Assembly: GCA_964506725.1 (NCBI GenBank) | Contig: CAZDLU010000001.1 | Location: forward strand, 45,955 to 109,954 | DNA: 64,000 nt | Reading direction: 5' to 3' | Source of the DNA: an uncultured Rhizobium sp. | Lineage (GTDB): Bacteria > Pseudomonadota > Alphaproteobacteria > Rickettsiales > UBA1997 | Shown here: positions 44,960 to 52,690 of the stretch, piece after piece | How positions within the stretch are numbered: position 1 is the stretch's first letter | How the letters are laid out: each line of letters begins with the position of its first letter | Position numbers and translations under genes: made by a program | The notes under the pieces: model-generated | Databases searched by the model: none | Told to the model about the DNA's origin: nothing | What the model saw: only the letters and a program-made list of their open reading frames with translations

Positions 44960-46387
44960 ATGTCGAATACTAATGATCTTATAATGGCAATAGCAGCTCG
45001 TGATTCTTCTCAATTTTTTAAGGCTTTAGAAACTTATTCTCCAGCGGAAGGAGAGAAAGACTTTGATCAGGCTGAAATTTATTATTTGATGATGGATTTG
45101 ATTGAAGCTGAAGATGAAAATCTTGTGTCGCATTCAGCAGCAATATTGCTTGGAATGCATGATTTTAATGAAAGAAATAAAGTTGAATTTTTTAAAATTA
45201 GAGAAAATGGAAATCCTCATATAGCAGGAGTTAGCAGAGTTTTGGATAAAATAGTAACTACATCAAAATTAGGAAAAGGCATAAAATCATATCTTGAGCG
45301 CGTAAGTGATATTTCTTCTCCTTCCGCTTTTTACAGTTGGGAAGTACAAGAAATGTCGACTGGAAAAGTTTATCCATCGATACAAAAAAATCGTTTGCGA
45401 AAATTAAAAAATATAACTTCTGTTTCTATTCCCAAGCCTGATTTGCCACTGCTTGATAAGAGTAATCCGCAAGCAATGATTTGGAATGCTTACAAAGTAA
45501 TGGCGGGACTTGAAAAATATAATGGAGATTATGTTGATGATAGAATTGTGGCTGTTGTGGAGGCTATTTTAAATTCTGCACAAGAACCGAAAATAGTTTT
45601 TCTAAAGGGAAAAGATAGTAAAGGATCCGGGTTTACCAAGCAAAATTTGATTGTAGTTAATTGTGACAATATGGGAGGTTTGCTAGTTACTGCTTTGCAT
45701 GAGATGGTGCATTATGCTGATTTTTTAGTTGGGGATGGGGCGAATTATTTAAGTGGTATTTGTGAAATAACGAATGCTGAAGAGTTGAATAATTTGAAAA
45801 CAAAATCGCCTAAAATTTTAAAAGAAATTTTTGATAATTGTGTGGAATCAGAAATTCCGCAAGAGCTTTTATCTCATGTTTTTGAAATGATTTTGGTAGA
45901 AAAAGATGAGGCTATAAAATTTCTGAGAGAACAAGCGCCGACGCTTTTAAAATTTATTGACGAGCAATTTATTCCGCGTTGCCAAAATTGTGCGGAAATT
46001 TCGGGTGGTACGCCGTGGCGCGTGAAGCCTAAAGAAAAAGAGTATTTGGACGGAAATTTATCTGACGGATTATATGATGATGAAGAATTTGTTTTTGAGA
46101 AAGAAGTTTATGAAATACCTAAAGATGTTCCAAAGCTTGCAGATAGCGGCGCGGGCGCTGATATTGATGAAGTTGTTGAATTGCCAGAAGTTGATGAGGG
46201 CGATGCGGTAGAGGATTCGGCGGAGGTTACGGAGTTGGATGCTGATGACGAAAGATCTGAAGGTGAAGATGAAGTGTTGTTACCGGATGTTGATGAGGAT
46301 GATGCTATTACTGCGGCTTCCGGTGTCGCTTCTTCTGTGTCGGTTGCTCCAATATTGAAAGTACCAGAAAAAGTTCCGGGAAAATAG
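44960..46387 (+). CDS. hypothetical protein with HExxH motif and long acidic C-terminal tract
   Basis: 475-aa ORF starting 2 nt after the hisI stop. LVTALHEMVHYADF (HEMVH at 45698-45712). Asp/Glu-rich tract at about aa 385-445. No family recognised. Confidence 0.5.
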   Translation: MSNTNDLIMAIAARDSSQFFKALETYSPAEGEKDFDQAEIYYLMMDLIEAEDENLVSHSAAILLGMHDFNERNKVEFFKIRENGNPHIAGVSRVLDKIVTTSKLGKGIKSYLERVSDISSPSAFYSWEVQEMSTGKVYPSIQKNRLRKLKNITSVSIPKPDLPLLDKSNPQAMIWNAYKVMAGLEKYNGDYVDDRIVAVVEAILNSAQEPKIVFLKGKDSKGSGFTKQNLIVVNCDNMGGLLVTALHEMVHYADFLVGDGANYLSGICEITNAEELNNLKTKSPKILKEIFDNCVESEIPQELLSHVFEMILVEKDEAIKFLREQAPTLLKFIDEQFIPRCQNCAEISGGTPWRVKPKEKEYLDGNLSDGLYDDEEFVFEKEVYEIPKDVPKLADSGAGADIDEVVELPEVDEGDAVEDSAEVTELDADDERSEGEDEVLLPDVDEDDAITAASGVASSVSVAPILKVPEKVPGK

Positions 46388-46454
46388 CAGTTATTAGTTG
46401 CGTTAAGCATTGCTAGTATATTGAATCCGCTTGATGATTCAATGTTAAAGCCAA

Positions 46455-47282
46455 ATGAAAGTTAAAGTTAGCTTAGACGAAAATAACTCTATAGAATTTA
46501 ATGAAACTTGTACGGAAATGCTTGAGCGCTCTGCTTGTGGCATGCTTTCCGGCGAGTTTACAAGAATTGCCCAACCTTTTATTTTATATGATGTTAAGAG
46601 GATGAAAAAGCTTGGAGCAAAATGTGATTTTGGTTATTCTAAAAATATAGTTGTGGTGTTACAAGGTTTTGGTGCAAGCCGCGATGCTTTGTCCGGTGCG
46701 GTTTCGCGTTTTGTTAACGAAGGTTCAAGAAAAATTGATATTCAAAATTTTATTCAAGAAAATTGTCAAAAAGTTTTTGAATTACATGAAAAATGTTTTT
46801 CACCAAAATTAAAAGAAACTGAATTTTTCACAAAAAGTTTAGCAGAAATTAAGAAGCTGGGCTGTAAAAAAATTCATAAAACTGGTGAAGTTGTCGATGC
46901 TAATGAAGAAGAAATTGCTTATGCTTTAGAATCTGTTTTGTATAAAGTTATTCAAGGTTGCATCCTAGAATCTCTAGATACGGTGCGAGCACAAATTAAA
47001 GAAACTAAAACTGCAACTTTAAAAAAACATGGCGAAGAAATTGAAGAGGAAAATAGAAGATTAAAAGAAGAAAATTTAGAGTTACAAGCCAAGCTTGAAG
47101 CGGTTGAAGAAGAAAATAGGCGATTAAAATCTGCTCTTGAAGAGGCTACTAAGTCCGGGCATTCTGAGATAGTTCTAGGAGATTTAACTGTCGCAATTGA
47201 CACGCCCAGTGCTACAGCCGCCGCACCAGAAGCCGCTGCAGCAGCTAAACCAAAGGCAAAGCAGAGAAGAAAAAGTGTTTAG
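46455..47282 (+). CDS. hypothetical coiled-coil protein with basic C-terminal tail
   Basis: 275-aa ORF. EEENRRLK occurs twice, 21 aa apart (47043 and 47106), within a heptad-like segment. Ala-rich linker and C-terminal KPKAKQRRKSV. Confidence 0.5.
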   Translation: MKVKVSLDENNSIEFNETCTEMLERSACGMLSGEFTRIAQPFILYDVKRMKKLGAKCDFGYSKNIVVVLQGFGASRDALSGAVSRFVNEGSRKIDIQNFIQENCQKVFELHEKCFSPKLKETEFFTKSLAEIKKLGCKKIHKTGEVVDANEEEIAYALESVLYKVIQGCILESLDTVRAQIKETKTATLKKHGEEIEEENRRLKEENLELQAKLEAVEEENRRLKSALEEATKSGHSEIVLGDLTVAIDTPSATAAAPEAAAAAKPKAKQRRKSV

Positions 47283-47390
47283 ATGTTAATTGACTTTTTT
47301 TTTTAGTAATTTAAAATCGCAGCCAAGGTAAGTCCTTATAGGTTGCCTAAATATGTCATCCATCGGTTGGCTTAGTTTAGGCGCTTTAAC

Positions 47391-48020
47391 CTATAGGGCG
47401 CTAATCATCTCATCAAGCAAGATTTTTTCTTCAAATACTTTCCGCCATTCTTTTTTATTGCTTTCATATTCGGTAAAGATTCCATAAGAAAATAGGTCGC
47501 AAGCCTGTATTCCGTAGTTATTACAAGAATGTTGATGCTGAATATGCAATAATTTTATTTTTTGTTTTAATTGCTCTTTGACAATAAAATCAAACTCGGC
47601 AATTTCCTTTTTTCCTTTCGATTTATCGATTATAAATTCAGCTATTTCAGATTTTTCAAATGAAATTTTTTTGATAATTTTTTCGGTGATAAAATTATAA
47701 ATTTTTTCCTTATTTTTTGTTAAATTTTTAGGAATTAGTTTTTTATTTAAAGTGATTGAATAAATTTCTAATTCTAAACAAGAGATTTGTTCGTAAAAAT
47801 ATTTCTTGGCTTCAATCGCAGTTGTCGTTCCTTTTAACTCATGAATTTTATTCTGATTTTTAGGATTTAATTTCTTCCTAATCGTTCGTTTAGCCGCGTT
47901 AATTAAGGTGCGGTTGTCTTGGTCGTTTTTGATGACAAGAATTGTGATGGTAAAAAATTTGGAAGAATTTTTATTGGTAAAGCCAAGATCGCCGCTTTCA
48001 TCGAGATAGAGGTGGAGCAT
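47391..48020 (-). CDS. DUF3800-like protein
   Basis: 209 aa. The N-terminal MLHLYLDESGDLGF and C-terminal ..GIQACDLFSYGI.. resemble the two conserved acidic blocks of DUF3800. Very AT-rich. Confidence 0.55.
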   Translation of the reverse strand: MLHLYLDESGDLGFTNKNSSKFFTITILVIKNDQDNRTLINAAKRTIRKKLNPKNQNKIHELKGTTTAIEAKKYFYEQISCLELEIYSITLNKKLIPKNLTKNKEKIYNFITEKIIKKISFEKSEIAEFIIDKSKGKKEIAEFDFIVKEQLKQKIKLLHIQHQHSCNNYGIQACDLFSYGIFTEYESNKKEWRKVFEEKILLDEMISAL

Positions 48021-48048
48021 TGTGGTGTTTGGGTTTATAAATTAGTGT

Positions 48049-49455
48049 TTAAGAATGAATCTGTCTTTTATCAACTGCCAAAGCAGCTTCTTTAACCGCT
48101 TCGTTGTATGTTGGATGCGCGTGACAGGTTCTCGCAATATCTTCCGCCGAACCGCCAAATTCCATAGCCACAACCACTTCGTGAATTGTATTTCCGGCTT
48201 CGCGTCCGATAATGTGCGCGCCTAAAATTCTGTCGGTTTTAGCACATGCCAAAATTTTAACAAAGCCTTCCGAATCAAATGTAGCGCGGGCGCGCGAATT
48301 TGCCATCATTGAGAATTTTCCTGATTTATAAGCAATTCCGGCTGCTTTTAATTCTTCTTCAGTTTTTCCAACTGACGCAATTTCCGGATAAGTATAAATC
48401 ACATTTGGAATCACGTCATAATTTACGTGACCTTTTTGTCCGGCAATAATTTCTGCAACCGCCATTCCTTCATCTTCCGCCTTGTGCGCAAGCATTGGGC
48501 CAGTAGTCACGTCACCGATTACGAAAATATTTTCTACATTTGTTTTTAAGTGATTATTTTCGATAAATCCACGTTGGTTGGTTTTAATTCCGACATTTTC
48601 TAAACCTAAATTTTCAGTGTTTGGTTTGCGACCGATTGCAACTAAAACTACGTCAGCAGTTAGAGTTTCTTTTTTACCACCGGCAGCCGCCTCGATTTCT
48701 ACCACCGCGCCTTTTTTGTCTTTTTTAACAGAAACAACTTTTGTGGATAATTTGAATTTAAATCCTTGTTTTTCCAGAATTCTTTGAAAGTTGCGTGAAA
48801 CCTCGCCATCCATTGCTGGAGTAATCTTATCAAGATATTCAATTACTTCAATTTCCGCGCCAAATCTTCCCCAAACTGAAGCCATTTCTAAACCGATAAC
48901 ACCCGCGCCAATCACGATCATTTTTTGCGGAACAGATTCTAAGTCTAGAGCGCCGGTTGAAGACACGATTACTTTTTCATCAATTTCAACACTGGGAAGT
49001 TTTGTAACTTCCGAACCTGTTGCAATAATAAAATATTTAGAAGTGATTTTCTCCTTAGAGCCATCAGCTTTCGTAACCTCAACAGTATTTTTATCCAAAA
49101 ATTTTCCGGCACCTTCAACTGAAGTAACTTTATTTTTCTTAAACAATCCGGCAATGCCCTGCGTAAGGCCGGAAACGATTTCATTTTTATTTGCCAGTAA
49201 TTTTTTTACATCGATTTTCGGCTTAGAAACTGTAATCCCAAGCTTCTCGAAAGAATGATTAGCATCATGAAATTTATGCGAAATTTCCAAAAGCGCTTTC
49301 GACGGAATGCAACCGACATTCAAACAAGTTCCACCAAGAGTTTTGCGTTTCTCAACACAAGCAGTTTTAAGCCCCAACTGTGCCGCGCGAATCGCCGCCA
49401 CATATCCACCAGGTCCACCGCCAATTACTACTACGTCGAAAGATTGATTTGTCAT
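48049..49455 (-). CDS. lpdA: dihydrolipoyl dehydrogenase (E3)
   Basis: 468 aa. GGGPGGY FAD motif, redox-active [10 protein letters not shown], and C-terminal ..HAHPT..E.. interface motif. Confidence 0.95.
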   Translation of the reverse strand: MTNQSFDVVVIGGGPGGYVAAIRAAQLGLKTACVEKRKTLGGTCLNVGCIPSKALLEISHKFHDANHSFEKLGITVSKPKIDVKKLLANKNEIVSGLTQGIAGLFKKNKVTSVEGAGKFLDKNTVEVTKADGSKEKITSKYFIIATGSEVTKLPSVEIDEKVIVSSTGALDLESVPQKMIVIGAGVIGLEMASVWGRFGAEIEVIEYLDKITPAMDGEVSRNFQRILEKQGFKFKLSTKVVSVKKDKKGAVVEIEAAAGGKKETLTADVVLVAIGRKPNTENLGLENVGIKTNQRGFIENNHLKTNVENIFVIGDVTTGPMLAHKAEDEGMAVAEIIAGQKGHVNYDVIPNVIYTYPEIASVGKTEEELKAAGIAYKSGKFSMMANSRARATFDSEGFVKILACAKTDRILGAHIIGREAGNTIHEVVVAMEFGGSAEDIARTCHAHPTYNEAVKEAALAVDKRQIHS

Positions 49456-49479
49456 TTTTTGTTAATTAATTAAAGGTTA

Positions 49480-49809
49480 TTATGATTTTAATTCTTTTAA
49501 AATTTTTTTGATTTGTTTCTTTAAAACCGGAATATCATCCTCGACCGTTGATTTTATTATATTGTGATCAACGTCAAAATAATCGTGAATTAATTTATGT
49601 CTCATTCCGATTATCAAATCCCATTCTATTTCCGGAAATTTTTTTTGAAAATCTTTTGATAAATTATTTGCTGCTTCGCCAATAATTTCAATACATCTTT
49701 CAATGGCGCGTTCGGTTTTTGCATCTTCCCAATCGGCATCTTTTGAGAATTCTTCAATTTCGGCAATAGCGTCAATTATATGTTGCAAATAGGCTTTTTG
49801 GTTTTTCAT
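49480..49809 (-). CDS. hepT: HepT-like HEPN-domain (DUF86) toxin
   Basis: 109 aa. R-x4-H motif in ..IGMRHKLIHDYF... 4-nt overlap with the upstream MNT gene. Confidence 0.8.
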   Translation of the reverse strand: MKNQKAYLQHIIDAIAEIEEFSKDADWEDAKTERAIERCIEIIGEAANNLSKDFQKKFPEIEWDLIIGMRHKLIHDYFDVDHNIIKSTVEDDIPVLKKQIKKILKELKS

Positions 49810-50096
49810 AAGGTGATAGATTCTGCAAAAACTTGTTTTTTAATGTGTTTATTTACCGCTTTATCGGAAATAATTTGAACTTTTCTGCCGGCTGTTTTTT
49901 CTAAAGATTTTTCTAATTTTACCAAAGTCATAAGTGAGGTTTTGGTGCTAATTGAGGCAAGCAAATCCACATCCGACCCTTTTTTCTCTTCCCCACGCGC
50001 CACCGATCCGAAAACGCGGATGTTTGATACACCACATTTTTTAGCTATCTCGTAAATTTTTTCACGGTTTTGTTTTAGAAGTTCGAGAGTTTTCAT
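49806..50096 (-). CDS. mntA: MntA-like minimal nucleotidyltransferase antitoxin
   Basis: 96 aa. VFGSVARGEEKKGSDVDLL (GS-x9-11-DxD). Confidence 0.8.
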   Translation of the reverse strand: MKTLELLKQNREKIYEIAKKCGVSNIRVFGSVARGEEKKGSDVDLLASISTKTSLMTLVKLEKSLEKTAGRKVQIISDKAVNKHIKKQVFAESITL

Positions 50097-50112
50097 AATT
50101 AAAAAATTTCTA

Positions 50113-50195
50113 CTTCCGTCATTCTCGAGCGTAAGTAAAGCAATCCAGTTTGTTGCGTCTTGGATTGCTTCGCTTACGCTCGAGAGTGACGGAAG
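50113..50195. repeat. palindromic element, family C
   Basis: cttccgtcattctcgagcgtaagtaaagcaatcca .. tggattgcttcgcttacgctcgagagtgacggaag. The ~35-nt arms have 3 mismatches. Lies between mntA and mnmA. Confidence 0.85.
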
Positions 50196-50221
50196 TGGAT
50201 GAAAATATAGAATTAAAATAA

Positions 50222-51346
50222 TTATTCAATTTCTTTCGTAATCCAACCTCCGCCCAAAACACGTGAATCTTGGTAAACCACGCAAGCCTGTCCCGGCGTG
50301 ATGGCGCGTGTCATCGAATTCATTTCAACTTCGGCTTCGTTATTCGGTAAAATTTTTATCACAGCATTTTCTTCTTCGTGATTGGAACGCAAACGTACTT
50401 TAGCCTTGATTTCACTTGTTTTGTCAATGTCATCAGCCAACCAATTTAAATCGCGGATTTTGAATTTTTTATTTTGTAAATATTTTTCTTCGCCGACAAA
50501 AACTATATTTTCTTTCGGGTCAATTTTTACCACATAAAGCGGCTCAGGATAAGAAATTCCAAGGCCGCGACGCTGTCCCAAAGTAAAATTTATAATGCCG
50601 TTATGCTTTCCTAAAATCTTTTTTGTTTCGAAGTGAACAAAGTTTCCTTCCTTGAAAGCACTAGGTCTATGACGCCTTATTACTTCAGCGTAATCACCGT
50701 TTGGCACGAAACAAATATCTTGCGAATCTGGTTTTGTGGCAACTTCTAAACCCAGTCTTTCCGCTTCTTTACGAGTTTGCTCTTTACTATTTCCACCTAA
50801 AGGAAAGCGCAAAAACTCAAGTTGATCTTTGGTTGTGGCAAATAAAAAATAACTTTGATCTTTGTCGTCATCAATTGCTTTATGTAATTCTGCCTCACCA
50901 TTTTTTCCGACAAATCTTTGTACATAATGCCCTGTTGCCAACGCATCAGCCCCAAGGTCGCGCGCTACTTTCAATAAATCACGAAATTTTACTGATTGGT
51001 TACATTTTACGCAAGGAATCGGCGTTTCGCCTTGCAAATATGAATCGGCAAAATCATCAATTACCGATTCTTTAAACAGATTTTGGTAATTCAAAATATA
51101 ATGCGGAAAATCAAATTTTTCGGCGACTTTTTTGGCGTCATAAATATCAGTTCCGGCACAGCAAGCATTCTTTTTTTTCAAAGCTTCGCCCATGTCGTAA
51201 AGTTGCAAAGTAATGCCGATTACGTCATAGCCTTGTTCTTTCAAAAGGCATGCGACGACAGAGGAGTCAACGCCTCCGGACATTGCGACTACTATTCTTG
51301 TGTCTTTTTTTTCTTTGTTGAAATTCATCAGTGATTTGTTTGACAA
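50222..51346 (-). CDS. mnmA: tRNA 2-thiouridine(34) synthase
   Basis: 374 aa. PP-loop VAMSGGVDSSV, catalytic Cys region ..IPCVKCN.., ..DSQDICF.. Confidence 0.95.
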   Translation of the reverse strand: MSNKSLMNFNKEKKDTRIVVAMSGGVDSSVVACLLKEQGYDVIGITLQLYDMGEALKKKNACCAGTDIYDAKKVAEKFDFPHYILNYQNLFKESVIDDFADSYLQGETPIPCVKCNQSVKFRDLLKVARDLGADALATGHYVQRFVGKNGEAELHKAIDDDKDQSYFLFATTKDQLEFLRFPLGGNSKEQTRKEAERLGLEVATKPDSQDICFVPNGDYAEVIRRHRPSAFKEGNFVHFETKKILGKHNGIINFTLGQRRGLGISYPEPLYVVKIDPKENIVFVGEEKYLQNKKFKIRDLNWLADDIDKTSEIKAKVRLRSNHEEENAVIKILPNNEAEVEMNSMTRAITPGQACVVYQDSRVLGGGWITKEIE

Positions 51347-51398
51347 AAGTTTTTTTATGGCTAAGAATATTTAGTTAATAATAAACAAATTTTTTTCT

Positions 51399-52688
51399 AT
51401 GTCCAACGATTCTGCAAAGCTTACACTGCCTGATGGCAAAGAAATTCTACTTCCGATAAAAAAAGCTAGCGTGGGGCAAGATGTAATCGATATTTCCTCG
51501 CTTTTCAAAGAAACCGGTATGTTCACTTACGATCCGGGCTTTCTTTCTACCGCTTCTTGCGAATCGAAAATTACTTTTATTGATGGCGGACAAGGAATTT
51601 TGCGGCATGGCGGTTATTCGATTGAAGAGTTAGCTAAAAAAAGCGAATTTTTGGAAGTGGCTTATTTGCTACTAAACCATGAATTGCCTAAGGCGGAAGC
51701 CTATCGCAATTTCAGAAGTGGTATCATTAAAAATATGTTGGTGCATGAGCAATTGCATATTTTGTATCGCGGATTTCCAAGACGCGCGCACCCAATGGCG
51801 ATCATGGTGGGAGCGGTTGCATCGCTTTCGGCTTTCTATCATGAAAGTATGGATTTACGTACGGCGGAAGGGCGCATGGACGTAGTTTATAAAATTATTG
51901 CAAAGATGCCGACACTGGCTGCGATGGCTTATAAATATTCGATCGGCGAGCCTATTATTTATCCGAATAAGGAATATGGCTTTGCCGAAAATTTCTTACA
52001 CATGCTTTTTGACCGCCCGAATAATCAGCACAAAGTTACGCCAACTATTGCTAAAGCGATGGAAATGATTTTTGTTTTACATGCCGACCACGAGCAAAAT
52101 GCTTCGACTTCAACCGTGCGTTTGGCAGGTTCGTCAAATGCCAATCCGTTTGCTTGCATTGGTGCCGGAATCGCCTCACTGTGGGGCCCGGCGCATGGCG
52201 GAGCTAATGAAGAAGTTTTGGAAATGTTACAAGAAATCGGCAATAAAGACCGCATTCCGGAATTTATCGCGCGCGCCAAAGACAAAAATGATCCTTTCCG
52301 TTTAATGGGCTTCGGACACCGTGTTTACAAGAACTATGACCCGCGTGCGGCAGTTTTAAAAAAATCCTGCGACGAAGTTTTAGGCGAATTAGGCATCAAA
52401 GATCCTCTTTTGGATATCGCAGTTGAGCTTGAAAAAATCGCGCTCAACGACGAATATTTCGTATCGCGCAAACTTTTCCCGAATGTCGATTTTTATTCGG
52501 GAATTATTTATAAAGCGCTGGGAATTCCGTCAAATCTATTTACGGTAATTTTTGCAATTGCCCGTTCAGCTGGTTGGATCGCGCAGTGGAAAGAAATGAT
52601 TGAAGACCCGACATTTAAAATCGGCCGTCCGCGCCAGCTTTATACCGGTTACGTAAATCGCGAATATGTGCCAATTGATAAAAGGTAA
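51399..52688 (+). CDS. gltA: citrate synthase
   Basis: 429 aa. ..[13 protein letters not shown].., [13 protein letters not shown], ..DFYSGI.. Confidence 0.95.
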   Translation: MSNDSAKLTLPDGKEILLPIKKASVGQDVIDISSLFKETGMFTYDPGFLSTASCESKITFIDGGQGILRHGGYSIEELAKKSEFLEVAYLLLNHELPKAEAYRNFRSGIIKNMLVHEQLHILYRGFPRRAHPMAIMVGAVASLSAFYHESMDLRTAEGRMDVVYKIIAKMPTLAAMAYKYSIGEPIIYPNKEYGFAENFLHMLFDRPNNQHKVTPTIAKAMEMIFVLHADHEQNASTSTVRLAGSSNANPFACIGAGIASLWGPAHGGANEEVLEMLQEIGNKDRIPEFIARAKDKNDPFRLMGFGHRVYKNYDPRAAVLKKSCDEVLGELGIKDPLLDIAVELEKIALNDEYFVSRKLFPNVDFYSGIIYKALGIPSNLFTVIFAIARSAGWIAQWKEMIEDPTFKIGRPRQLYTGYVNREYVPIDKR

Positions 52689-52690
52689 TA

